From a candidate division WOR-3 bacterium (lineage in GTDB: Bacteria; Hydrothermota; Hydrothermia; B15-G9; WFZT01), in the NCBI GenBank assembly GCA_027053075.1, contig JALUEE010000086.1:1-64000 (forward strand): a stretch of DNA of 64,000 nucleotides, written 5' to 3'. The position numbers were made by a program, and so were the translations under genes. Position 1 is the stretch's first letter, and the number at the start of each line of letters is the position of its first letter. Positions 1 through 8,564 of the stretch are shown here, one piece after another. Under the pieces are notes generated by a model that was not told the origin of the DNA, made no database searches, and saw nothing but the letters and a program-made list of their open reading frames with translations.

Positions 1-24
1 GCGCCCTTCGGGCGCCGCCCCCCT
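1..24 (-). terminator. GC-rich hairpin downstream of the oxidoreductase gene (cut by window edge)
   Basis: GCGCCC-TTC-GGGCGC stem-loop plus G/C run 12 nt past the stop codon. Confidence 0.55.
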
Positions 25-36
25 AAATATTCTCTC

Positions 37-705
37 TTAAACCTCTACCTCTACCGCCTCTAAAACCTTCTCAAGGAACTGAGGCTCGGGTAGGGCTCCT
101 TCAAACTCAACCTTATCGTTGATCACTACCTTGGGTACTGCGTAAACACCATATTTATCCGCAAGCTGTGGAAACTCTATGGATTCAATCATATCTGCCC
201 TGATGGCCTCACTTTCAATGGCCATCTTATGTGAAAGCATTACCGCTCTCGGACAATAAGGACATGTAGGAGTGATGAAAACCTTTATGTGAACAGGCTC
301 TTTTATATTCTTTATCGCGTTCTTCGTCTTTTCAGAAAGGTCCGTTTTCCCGGTGGAAGCTCCAATTATACTCTCTATAAGTGAGGTAAACTCGTATCCT
401 GAAGGGATTCCGAAGAACCTGATTCCAAAGTCCTTCTCCTCATCTCCCTTTACTTGAAGAGGGATAATAGCCGGCACTTTATCCACACCGTATTTTTCTG
501 CAAGCTCTTTTTCAGTGGCAAAGTTATGCACATCAACTTTGATCTTGTCCGAGAGTTCCTCCACTTCTTTAAGGATCATCTCGGTGTCTGGACAATAGTC
601 ACAGTTTATATTTTGTGTGAAGAAAACGACTTTAACGTCGTTTTCCATTTTTTCGGCAAAGAGATTTTTAAGGTATTCTCTATCCTTTTCACCTAACAAC
701 GCCAT
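37..705 (-). CDS. Protein-disulfide oxidoreductase (two thioredoxin folds, AhpF N-terminal/PDO type)
   Basis: CDYC and CPYC motifs, GIPSGYEF segment; ATG at 705 preceded by GAGGTG. Confidence 0.9.
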   Translation of the reverse strand: MALLGEKDREYLKNLFAEKMENDVKVVFFTQNINCDYCPDTEMILKEVEELSDKIKVDVHNFATEKELAEKYGVDKVPAIIPLQVKGDEEKDFGIRFFGIPSGYEFTSLIESIIGASTGKTDLSEKTKNAIKNIKEPVHIKVFITPTCPYCPRAVMLSHKMAIESEAIRADMIESIEFPQLADKYGVYAVPKVVINDKVEFEGALPEPQFLEKVLEAVEVEV

Positions 706-729
706 TTTTAAATTCACCTCCTATTGAAT

Positions 730-918
730 TTAACAGGTTCTGGGAATAGTCCCGTAGCCGCAGATTTCGCATACGAGATCCCCGGTGGGACCCCGTTTTA
801 TCCTTCCAAGACCGCAGTTGGGGCAGATATCCCCTTCCTTTAGCATGATAAACATGGAAGAACTCGAAGCCTGCTTTTTAGGCTCATTATCCTTTTTCTG
901 GGACTTTTCCTTCTCCAT
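730..918 (-). CDS. Small zinc-ribbon-like protein
   Basis: CPNC...CEIC pairs; promoter upstream; co-oriented with the oxidoreductase gene. Confidence 0.65.
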   Translation of the reverse strand: MEKEKSQKKDNEPKKQASSSSMFIMLKEGDICPNCGLGRIKRGPTGDLVCEICGYGTIPRTC

Positions 919-919
919 A

Positions 920-944
920 ATAGTTGACCAATTTGGTCAATATC
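920..944. promoter_or_regulatory. Palindromic operator, Rrf2/IscR-type-1-like
   Basis: Perfect TTGACCAA-T-TTGGTCAA (924-940) within ATAG...TATC, overlapping the predicted transcription start. Confidence 0.6.
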
Positions 945-970
945 TTAACCGTGCTATGAAGTAATGTCAA
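942..970 (-). promoter_or_regulatory. Sigma70-type promoter
   Basis: TTGACA-17 nt-TAAGAT. Confidence 0.75.
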
Positions 971-980
971 TATAAAAAAA

Positions 981-1055
981 TCGGGGCGACTGGATTTGAA
1001 CCAGCGACCTCTTGGTCCCGAACCAAGCGCGCTAACCGGACTGCGCTACGCCCCG
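981..1055 (-). tRNA. tRNA-Pro(CGG)
   Basis: Cloverleaf CGGGGCG..CGCCCCGA; anticodon loop TTCGGGA; GTTCAAATC T-loop; CCA not encoded. Confidence 0.95.
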
Positions 1056-1068
1056 ATCTCTTCTTCTC

Positions 1069-1143
1069 TGGCTGGGGCGGGTGGATTCGAACCACCACTA
1101 CAGGATCCAAAATCCTGTGTCCTGCCCATTAGACGACGCCCCA
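1069..1143 (-). tRNA. tRNA-Gln(TTG)
   Basis: TGGGGCG..CGCCCCAGCCA; anticodon loop TTTTGGA; CCA encoded. Confidence 0.95.
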
Positions 1144-1155
1144 GTAGGCCTCTTA

Positions 1156-1184
1156 TTTTTACACCGGTTTCTAAACCGTGTCAA
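1156..1184 (-). promoter_or_regulatory. Promoter of the tRNA-Gln/tRNA-Pro pair
   Basis: TTGACA-17 nt-TAAAAA, 12 nt upstream of tRNA-Gln. Confidence 0.6.
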
Positions 1185-1192
1185 GGCACGTG

Positions 1193-1318
1193 AAGCCTGT
1201 TCGAAAAAATCTCAAATTCTTTGATTTTTGAGAAAAAATTTACCCCCCACCTTGTTCCTCCCCCCGCGCACAAAGTGCGTGGGGGGAGGAGAGGAGGGAG
1301 GAAATTTCGAACAAGCCC
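1193..1318. mobile_element. MITE copy A (126 bp)
   Basis: Imperfect TIRs AAGCCTGTTCGAAA / TTTCGAACAAGCCC; perfect 9-bp flanking direct repeat AGGCACGTG (1184-1192, 1319-1327); internal GC palindrome; homologous to 31640-31764 and 40297-40420. Confidence 0.85.
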
Positions 1319-1389
1319 AGGCACGTGGTGTGTTTTCGAGTTGATTTTTGAAGGTGTTATCTTTAAATTAAAAAATCAGGGAGGTGACT

Positions 1390-1803
1390 ATGGAGAAGAA
1401 AATAAAAGTTCTGATAGCCAAGCCGGGGCTTGATGGACATGATAGAGGTGCTAAAGTTGTTGCCCGTGCCTTGAGAGATGCAGGTATGGAAGTCATCTAT
1501 ACCGGTTTGCATCAAACGGCAGAGATGATTGTGGAAACCGCCCTGCAGGAAGACGTTGATGTAATTGGACTCTCCATCCTCTCAGGTGCACACATGACCT
1601 ATTTCCCAAAAGTGTTAAAACTAATGAAAGAGAAGGGGCTTGACGACGTCCTTCTCTTTGGTGGCGGTATTATCCCGGAGGAAGATGCAAGAAAATTAGA
1701 AGAAATGGGGGTTGGAAAAATATTCGGTCCCGGCACCCCCACAGAGGAGATCGTTCAGTACGTCAAAGAATGGTATGAAAAACACAGAAAAAATAAAGGT
1801 TAA
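1390..1803 (+). CDS. Cobalamin-binding subunit of methylmalonyl-CoA mutase family
   Basis: [11 protein letters not shown]12-binding motif, SILSGAH, GGII; AGGAGG SD. Confidence 0.92.
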   Translation: MEKKIKVLIAKPGLDGHDRGAKVVARALRDAGMEVIYTGLHQTAEMIVETALQEDVDVIGLSILSGAHMTYFPKVLKLMKEKGLDDVLLFGGGIIPEEDARKLEEMGVGKIFGPGTPTEEIVQYVKEWYEKHRKNKG

Positions 1804-2017
1804 AACCTACTCTGGCTACAAAGCGGATGAACGCCCTCTCTCTTTAACTATTGAAGGAAAAGAAATCCAGCTCGTTGATGTTATCCCTATCGGTACCATC
1901 AAAGATGTAACCGGCTTATCAAGGGAGGAATTTATTGCTAAAGCGAAGGATGGCCGACAATTTAAACTCATACACTGGGAAGATGATAGGTGGAGCGTTT
2001 TATGGATGAAGAATTAG
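1775..2017 (+). CDS. Small hypothetical protein ([10 protein letters not shown] motif)
   Basis: Fills the gap in an overlapping operon; start chosen at ATG 1775. Confidence 0.65.
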   Translation: MKNTEKIKVKTYSGYKADERPLSLTIEGKEIQLVDVIPIGTIKDVTGLSREEFIAKAKDGRQFKLIHWEDDRWSVLWMKN

Positions 2018-2403
2018 CGAAGCTTTTGATGCAGAGGGCTCGCGAGGCCCTCGGCAATTCTTATTCTCCTTATTCAAAACTAAAAGTGGGGGCTGCCCTC
2101 CTTACAGAAGATGGTAAAATTTTCACCGGTGTAAATGTTGAAAATGCCTCCTACAGTCTTACCATATGTGCTGAACGAGTTGCTGTTTTCAAAGCAGTAT
2201 CCGAAGGCTTCAGAAAATTTAAGGCAATCGCGATTACAAGTGACCGGGGGAAAATAATGCCGTGCGGGGCGTGTAGACAGGTACTCGCGGAATTTTCCCC
2301 TCACATGAAAGTAATTGTCGGAGATAAGGATAATTTTGAGATTTATGAACTCGAAGAGCTCTTACCTCACAGCTTTAATGGTAACATTGTTGCTCCTGAT
2401 TAG
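2002..2403 (+). CDS. cdd: Cytidine deaminase (homotetrameric type)
   Basis: YSPYS, NVENASY, CAER and PCGACRQ zinc motifs. Confidence 0.93.
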   Translation: MDEELAKLLMQRAREALGNSYSPYSKLKVGAALLTEDGKIFTGVNVENASYSLTICAERVAVFKAVSEGFRKFKAIAITSDRGKIMPCGACRQVLAEFSPHMKVIVGDKDNFEIYELEELLPHSFNGNIVAPD

Positions 2404-2905
2404 CTCCTGCACGAGGAAGGAACGGGTTACCACTGTTCCTGTTTCCTATCTGGCCAATCCTGTTCGTGAGAGTCTATCAAAAATCACATTCGTCACGGGC
2501 TCATTCAACCTGAAAAATGAGGACCTGAGCTATTACGGAAATTTTATAGCTAAGAGAGAGGGGAAAGTAATAAAAGTGAAAATTTATGGTCCTTTTGGAA
2601 TGAAGTCCGGAAATATAACCTTTAACGCAGACAGCATAAAGTCACCTATTTTGCGGTACGTCCTGGGCTTTTCAGATACCCTTTCCGGGATAGCCTTAAA
2701 AAAGGGGAATGAGTATGAGTTTAGTGGATTTCGTATAATTTATGATAACTCAGGAAATCTCTTGTTCGTTAGTGGCAAAGATATTAAAATTTTTCTCAAC
2801 AGCTATAAAAAAGTCGAGGGAGCAAAAGTGCCATTTAAGGTAAGGGTGTGGTATAAGGACACATCCCTGTTGGTGAAATTAAAAGAGGTGAAGATTGAGA
2901 GATGA
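2378..2905 (+). CDS. Predicted lipoprotein, possibly LolB/DUF4292-like fold
   Basis: Hydrophobic N-terminus with LISSC lipobox; IYGPFG motif; beta-rich. Confidence 0.55.
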   Translation: MVTLLLLISSCTRKERVTTVPVSYLANPVRESLSKITFVTGSFNLKNEDLSYYGNFIAKREGKVIKVKIYGPFGMKSGNITFNADSIKSPILRYVLGFSDTLSGIALKKGNEYEFSGFRIIYDNSGNLLFVSGKDIKIFLNSYKKVEGAKVPFKVRVWYKDTSLLVKLKEVKIER

Positions 2906-3420
2906 AGTACGTCTACTACACCATCATAACGATGGATGGGAGGAAGATAGCCCTCGCAAAAACTGATCGAGGGCTTGTGAAGATCAGCTTCATCAAAGAG
3001 ATATACCCATTCCTCGAGTGGATAGAAAAAAATCTACCGGACCATGTGATCCAGCGTGATGATAGAAGATTTGATAGAGAAAAACAGCAACTGCAGGAAT
3101 ATTTCGAAGGCAGAAGAAAGAGTTTTGAGCTACCCATCGAAGTGATCGCACCAGAATTTTATAAAAAGGTTTACCAGGAAGTGAGAAAGATTCCCTATGG
3201 ACGAACATCAACGTATGGTGAAATTGCCCAAAAAATCGGAAAGAAAAATGCCTCTCGTGCAGTTGGCCAGGCCCTAAACAGAAACCCCCTCCCAATCCTT
3301 ATCCCCTGCCACAGGGTTGTAGGGAAAAATGGAAGACTGGTGGGATTTTTTGCCGGTCTCGCTGTGAAAAGATGGCTACTTAACATTGAGAGAATGAATG
3401 GAAAGAGTCAGACCATTTGA
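2902..3420 (+). CDS. ogt: Methylated-DNA--protein-cysteine methyltransferase
   Basis: IPCHRV active site, RAVGQAL helix. Confidence 0.93.
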   Translation: MKYVYYTIITMDGRKIALAKTDRGLVKISFIKEIYPFLEWIEKNLPDHVIQRDDRRFDREKQQLQEYFEGRRKSFELPIEVIAPEFYKKVYQEVRKIPYGRTSTYGEIAQKIGKKNASRAVGQALNRNPLPILIPCHRVVGKNGRLVGFFAGLAVKRWLLNIERMNGKSQTI

Positions 3421-4060
3421 AGATAGATATGACAGATATGATGCCTGGTATGAAAAATTCCCCGGTGAGAGACTTTTTAAAATTGAGTTAAATTGCTTAA
3501 AAAAACTGGTCCCAGCACCTGGATTCTCCATTGAGGTCGGTGTAGGAACAGGTAGATTTGCTGAAAAACTCGGGGCTAAGTATGGTCTCGACCCTGCATT
3601 CAACCCCCTTAAAATCTCGCGGTCTCGTGGAATATCGGTGGTACAGGGAGACGGCAGGCAGACGCCTTTTCGAGACAATACCTTTGAAACACTTTTTCTT
3701 ATTGTAACAATCTGTTTTGCCGACGAACCTGAATTGCTTGTTAAAGAGGCTTTTCGTATTCTAAAACCTGGAGGCCGTATCATTCTCGGCCTCGTACCAA
3801 GAAACAGTGATTGGGGAAAATATTATTTGAAGCTTAAATCTCAAGGACACTTTTTCTACAGGTATGCTGATTTTTACACCATTTCAGAGATAAATTCGAT
3901 GCTCGAGCATTCGAAATTTGAACCTCCCTCGGGATTATCAACACTATTCGGTCCACCTCCAGACGGAAGTGATGAGGAGTTTATTGACGAAAAATTGAGG
4001 GAGGACGCAGGATTCGTCTGTATTAGTTCAAGAAAGCCACTTCATCACCGGAATTTATAG
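3398..4060 (+). CDS. Class I SAM-dependent methyltransferase
   Basis: EVGVGTGRF motif I, LKPGG. Confidence 0.88.
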   Translation: MERVRPFEDRYDRYDAWYEKFPGERLFKIELNCLKKLVPAPGFSIEVGVGTGRFAEKLGAKYGLDPAFNPLKISRSRGISVVQGDGRQTPFRDNTFETLFLIVTICFADEPELLVKEAFRILKPGGRIILGLVPRNSDWGKYYLKLKSQGHFFYRYADFYTISEINSMLEHSKFEPPSGLSTLFGPPPDGSDEEFIDEKLREDAGFVCISSRKPLHHRNL

Positions 4061-4170
4061 AAATTATTAATTTTTCAAGCGATTTAAACCTTGACAGGTC
4101 ACCACGTAGTAGATTAAAAATTAGATACTGGACAGCCAACTATAGAATAAAAAACAAGGAGGTTTGAAAC

Positions 4171-5103
4171 ATGAAGAGGATTGCAAAGATAGGAGTACTT
4201 GGAGTAATCGTACTCGCAATGGCATCCTGCGCCCCTAAAAAAGCTCCATCCTTCGGTCTCACCTACGAAGATGGAGTAAGAGTAATGGGAAAAGTGTACG
4301 ATGAGGCCAACAATAAGCCACTGGTAGCCAATGTGGTAGTTCCTATCGTACCCCTAAATATCAAAACCGATGCAGATGGTAGCTACATTATCAGGGATCT
4401 CCCGGTGGGCACATACAAGGCCACAGTTTCCGCCTGGGGCTATGAACCCAAAACAGTGACCATTTCTGTGAAAGAGGGTCAGATCACAAAGTTAGATATT
4501 GGTCTCAAGAAGATCAAAACAGAGGTAACAGGAGTTCTTTACGACGCCAAAACCCATAAGCCAATTTCAGGAACTGTGGAAGTTGACCCTGAAGGAATGG
4601 TTATAACCGCTACAAATGGGAAATACAGTCTTACACTGCCATTCGGCGTTTACATGCTCAAGGCAAAGTCAGAAAAGCACATTTTTGATGTAAAGACAGT
4701 GGTTGTCAAGAATTCAGAGCCTTTAAAGGTCAATTTTGTACTTGCAAGGTCTGCAAGCACTCAGTCCCTTGCCAACAAATTCCCAATAATTTACTTTGAC
4801 TTTGATTCTTACAAGATCAAACCTGAGTACAAGAGTGCTCTTGATCAGGTTGCAGCTTTCCTGAAGGCCAATCCTGGAATCGTTGTAGAGGTAGCTGGCC
4901 ATGCAAGCTCTGAGGGTTCATTTGATTACAATGCTGCTCTCTCCCTCAAGAGAGCGCTCGCTGTTAGAGACTATCTCATAAAGAAAGGAATTGCTCCTCA
5001 GAGATTAATTGCGAGAGGATACAGTAAGTCAAGAGTGGCTGATTTCAACTACAAGATTTCACAGAGAAAGAAGAACAGAAGGGTTGAATTTCTGGTTCGT
5101 TAA
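4171..5103 (+). CDS. OmpA-family lipoprotein with two carboxypeptidase-regulatory-like domains
   Basis: MASC lipobox; IYFDFDS, LSLKRALAVRDYL, NRRVEF; AGGAGG SD. Confidence 0.88.
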   Translation: MKRIAKIGVLGVIVLAMASCAPKKAPSFGLTYEDGVRVMGKVYDEANNKPLVANVVVPIVPLNIKTDADGSYIIRDLPVGTYKATVSAWGYEPKTVTISVKEGQITKLDIGLKKIKTEVTGVLYDAKTHKPISGTVEVDPEGMVITATNGKYSLTLPFGVYMLKAKSEKHIFDVKTVVVKNSEPLKVNFVLARSASTQSLANKFPIIYFDFDSYKIKPEYKSALDQVAAFLKANPGIVVEVAGHASSEGSFDYNAALSLKRALAVRDYLIKKGIAPQRLIARGYSKSRVADFNYKISQRKKNRRVEFLVR

Positions 5104-5513
5104 TGAGCAAAAAGTCAAAGAATATCAAGCTACTGCTTGTAAGTGTATCGTTCCTGCTACTTTTAGCATATGTAGTGGGTGCAGGTTTAAAGAAGACGTT
5201 TGTCTACTATTACACAGTTGATGAGTTAAAGGCAAACGCCAGTAAAGTTGATGGAAAGTATGTGAAAGTTTCAGGCGAGGTGGTTGCCGGCTCGGTTAAC
5301 CGAGCCGGCAACCACCTCGCCTTTACCCTCACAGAAAACGGTGACTCCGTCCACGTAGATTACACAGGTCCTATACCAGATGCCTTCTCCGAAGGCATAT
5401 CAGTTGTGGTCGAAGGAGTTTATCACAAATCCACTAACTCCCTTAAAGCCAAAAATTTGCTCACCAAGTGTCCCTCAAAATACGAGCCTGAGATAGACAG
5501 CACAAAGGCCTGA
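5103..5513 (+). CDS. ccmE: Cytochrome c maturation heme chaperone, CxxxY variant
   Basis: N-terminal anchor, VDYTGPIPDAF, VVVEG, LLTKCPSKY. Confidence 0.85.
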   Translation: MSKKSKNIKLLLVSVSFLLLLAYVVGAGLKKTFVYYYTVDELKANASKVDGKYVKVSGEVVAGSVNRAGNHLAFTLTENGDSVHVDYTGPIPDAFSEGISVVVEGVYHKSTNSLKAKNLLTKCPSKYEPEIDSTKA

Positions 5514-5752
5514 AACTCGAAAAAAATCCTCTTTAAAATCAGCAGGAAATTCCTAATAAGGTCCATTGACCTGTCTGGTCCAAAGATACAGTCATCATTG
5601 ATAAGCACCTGAAAATCCGGAAATCTTTTAACGAACCCCCTACACACAGGAAATATTCTTGAATTAACTCGAAGCCTGTTACAAATTTCGATTATATAAA
5701 CGCCCTTTCTGCTGTATAATCAAAAACTACTTTCATTGGAGGTATTCCCCTG

Positions 5753-6982
5753 ATGAATTTTATACTTGCTGCGATATTAATGGCGCAGATGCAGGTTTTC
5801 TTTGGAAGAGATAATCTTCCTCATAAGCTTGCTGTTACAATTTCGCGAGCCACATATTCACTGGACATGGCATTCCACCAGGTCTATGAGCCAGAGGTCG
5901 TTGATTCCATTCTCTCCGTCTATAACCGCGGGGTAAAGGTGAGAATAATAACCGAGCACAATTACTTTAATAGAACAGAAGCTTTGAGAAATGCCGGCAT
6001 AATTGTGGTTGATGAATTCAATGACAGGAATGCAACTGATCACATCATGCATGACAAGTTTATGGTGATAGATTACTGGGACAGCGATACCTCTAACGAT
6101 GTCGTATGGAATGGTAGCTACAACGCATCAAACTATATTCATGCCGATAATGCAGTTGTGGTTCAAAGTCACTCCCTTGCAAGAATTTTTGAAGCCGAGT
6201 TCAACCAGATGTGGGGTGATACAACCTATATGCCAGATCCGACGGACGCCCGCACAGGGCGAGACAAGCAGGATACAGCACCTTTTCACACGGTTTATGT
6301 CAACGGAACAAGGATTGATGTCTATTTCTCCCCTCAAGATTCACCAATCAATTTTCTTATAGCTCTTGCGGAAAGCTCGAGGGCTTCAATTGATTTTAAC
6401 ATATTTTATTTCACTCACATGTCGCTTGCCAGTGCAATGGCCAACAGGCTGGATAATGGTGTAAGGATACGAGGCGTCTATGAACACTCAGGTATGTACT
6501 ACAGCAGGAGGACCTTTGAGCTCCTTCAGTCCCATGGAGCACAGGTCTATGAGGATAGTACGAGGCCCCGGTACTATTACCTTCACCATAAGTTTATGGT
6601 TGTTGATGACTCCATCGTCGAGACAGGCTCGATGAACTGGACCGTGAGTGGAAACTCCAGTAACGATGAAAACATCATGATCATATATAACAGCAGGATT
6701 GCCGATGCCTATGAGGAAGAATTCATAAGAAGGTTCACAGAGGCAGGTGGTGTTGTAAGGGTAGCCGAATCATCGAGCAATCCTGACTCGCCGCTAAGTG
6801 CCTCATCTACTGTGTTTAGGGGAATCGTGAGATTTAACAGGCAGGGAGTGAAAATAGTTGATGCAACAGGCCGCCTCGTTGGAGTATCACGAAGTCTGAC
6901 GTTTAATGGCTCACACCTGTCTCCCGGTGTTTACTTCGCCATTTACGGTAACTCAAAACTAAAGATTATCAAAATTCGCTAA
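5753..6982 (+). CDS. Phospholipase D-family protein (two HKD motifs) with T9SS-like C-terminal tail
   Basis: HDKFMVID..GSYN and HHKFMVVD..GSMN; tail IVDATGRLV...LSPGVYF...KIIKIR. Confidence 0.85.
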   Translation: MNFILAAILMAQMQVFFGRDNLPHKLAVTISRATYSLDMAFHQVYEPEVVDSILSVYNRGVKVRIITEHNYFNRTEALRNAGIIVVDEFNDRNATDHIMHDKFMVIDYWDSDTSNDVVWNGSYNASNYIHADNAVVVQSHSLARIFEAEFNQMWGDTTYMPDPTDARTGRDKQDTAPFHTVYVNGTRIDVYFSPQDSPINFLIALAESSRASIDFNIFYFTHMSLASAMANRLDNGVRIRGVYEHSGMYYSRRTFELLQSHGAQVYEDSTRPRYYYLHHKFMVVDDSIVETGSMNWTVSGNSSNDENIMIIYNSRIADAYEEEFIRRFTEAGGVVRVAESSSNPDSPLSASSTVFRGIVRFNRQGVKIVDATGRLVGVSRSLTFNGSHLSPGVYFAIYGNSKLKIIKIR

Positions 6983-8553
6983 CCTTCCCAGTCGATCTTT
7001 TTCGAAGGTAAGTTTTCGGGTGGTTTGGGTGCCTTTTTCAGTCCTTCATAAACCTTTATCAGCTTTGAGCCAGGATAGTAGTGATATAAAATCTCGTCGT
7101 AACTCTTACCTGTTTCAGCCATCATGGCAGCTCCAATCTGACACATACCCACACCATGCCCCCATCCACCTCCTTTGAGAATGAACCTCTCCCCATCTTT
7201 TATCACGTAAAACATGGATGAATAAAGTGTTGATTCATGCAATGCCTGCCTGATCTTGAGCTCACCATTGATTATTCTCTCCCCTCTTTTCCCTACTACT
7301 TTAAGTTTTTTAATCCTTCCAGAATTCCCGCGCTCGAGGGGAATTAAATCCTCGATCTCACCAATATCGAGGCCCGTTTTCTTTCTAAAAATGCGGGAAA
7401 GCTCCGCTTTTGTATAGCTAACCTCCCATCTAAAAAACGGCTTTGCAAATTCAAGATACTCAGGAATATTTTTAAAGGAATTGAGATTGCAGTACCCGGC
7501 AGGCTCAGAATCAATAAACTGCCTCGCTTTCTCTTCAGTATTGACGGGAAATTCCACGTCCTCTAAGGTGTCCGCTACAGAGACAAGATAGGGTTTGCCT
7601 TCACCGCCCCATACATGCTCAAAAGCCTCTGAAATTCCACCACATATCTTTGAAAATCTCGTATCGCATACCTCATCACCATAAAAAAGGACCTCTCCCT
7701 CAGTTTCAAAAACTGCCCGGATGGAATTTTTCCGCTCCCTCCCCACACCTCTGTAATCCTGACAGTGGTCATCATGGCAGATATCGAAGGGGTCGTTGTA
7801 ATGGTGCTTTTTCATGGTGGCGAGCACCGTTCCGCGCGCAGCAACTGTCTGAGCCTTGAGAAGCTCCAGATGGGCATCGTTGGGCATCTCCGAGGAATTA
7901 ACACTGAAAAGATACTCGTCAATAGTAAGCTCGTTGACCACCACAACCTTTCCCTTTTTCCCGACGAGCACCCTCAAAATCCCTCTGAAATAAAGGTCCT
8001 GTGTGTGCTGCCAGTGATATCCAATTCCTATGGGGACATCATAGACGACTGTGAAATGGTCACTGTCACATGGATAAATCTCCACAGGTGGGGCAAGGAT
8101 AAATTTTCTTCCGTCCTCAAGTGAGAGCTCAATCTGTCCGTATGGTTTTCCAATAAATTCCTCTCTTATCCATGAATTAAAGCCTTCTGCCACAAGTCTT
8201 TCCTTCTCCCTTTCAGCATCTTCCTCATTGTCAAATTCATTCACATAGACCCAATAAGCCTTATTTGAAAAAACCACTTTGCCATTATCAATCAGGTCTC
8301 GCCCCACCTGCTGAATGCCGCACGTATCACAATTTTTAATAAATTCTCTTGCCTCTTTTTCGCTTTTAAACTCTTTTACAAAGACCTTGAATACCGATGG
8401 CAACGGTGTGGAGTTGACGGTTTTTACCTTTATTGTGTGCTTTTCCCCTCTCAGGACCACATTGTCTCCTGAAGTAATGATGAGATTCCCCGTTGCAGAA
8501 ATCTTTGCCTCGTCCAGGTTGTCAATTATTCCAACGCTGATTTTTGGGGCCAT
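6979..8553 (-). CDS. SpoIID/LytB-domain protein (peptidoglycan lytic transglycosylase family)
   Basis: SEMP..LKAQTVAAR, CQDY, GWGHGVGMCQIGA, ILYHYYPG. Confidence 0.9.
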   Translation of the reverse strand: MAPKISVGIIDNLDEAKISATGNLIITSGDNVVLRGEKHTIKVKTVNSTPLPSVFKVFVKEFKSEKEAREFIKNCDTCGIQQVGRDLIDNGKVVFSNKAYWVYVNEFDNEEDAEREKERLVAEGFNSWIREEFIGKPYGQIELSLEDGRKFILAPPVEIYPCDSDHFTVVYDVPIGIGYHWQHTQDLYFRGILRVLVGKKGKVVVVNELTIDEYLFSVNSSEMPNDAHLELLKAQTVAARGTVLATMKKHHYNDPFDICHDDHCQDYRGVGRERKNSIRAVFETEGEVLFYGDEVCDTRFSKICGGISEAFEHVWGGEGKPYLVSVADTLEDVEFPVNTEEKARQFIDSEPAGYCNLNSFKNIPEYLEFAKPFFRWEVSYTKAELSRIFRKKTGLDIGEIEDLIPLERGNSGRIKKLKVVGKRGERIINGELKIRQALHESTLYSSMFYVIKDGERFILKGGGWGHGVGMCQIGAAMMAETGKSYDEILYHYYPGSKLIKVYEGLKKAPKPPENLPSKKIDWEG

Positions 8554-8564
8554 TTTAACCTCCT

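Noticed and set aside
996..1193. 65-aa ORF on + strand
   Set aside because: Antisense to two tRNA genes
1221..1433. Short ORFs over repeats (also 11606, 19634, 19844, 31569, 40287, 40770, 51815)
   Set aside because: Translations of MITE/REP sequence with no SD or protein-like features
5672..5690. Solo TIR-like AAGCCTGTTACAAATTTCG
   Set aside because: No partner end or direct repeat found
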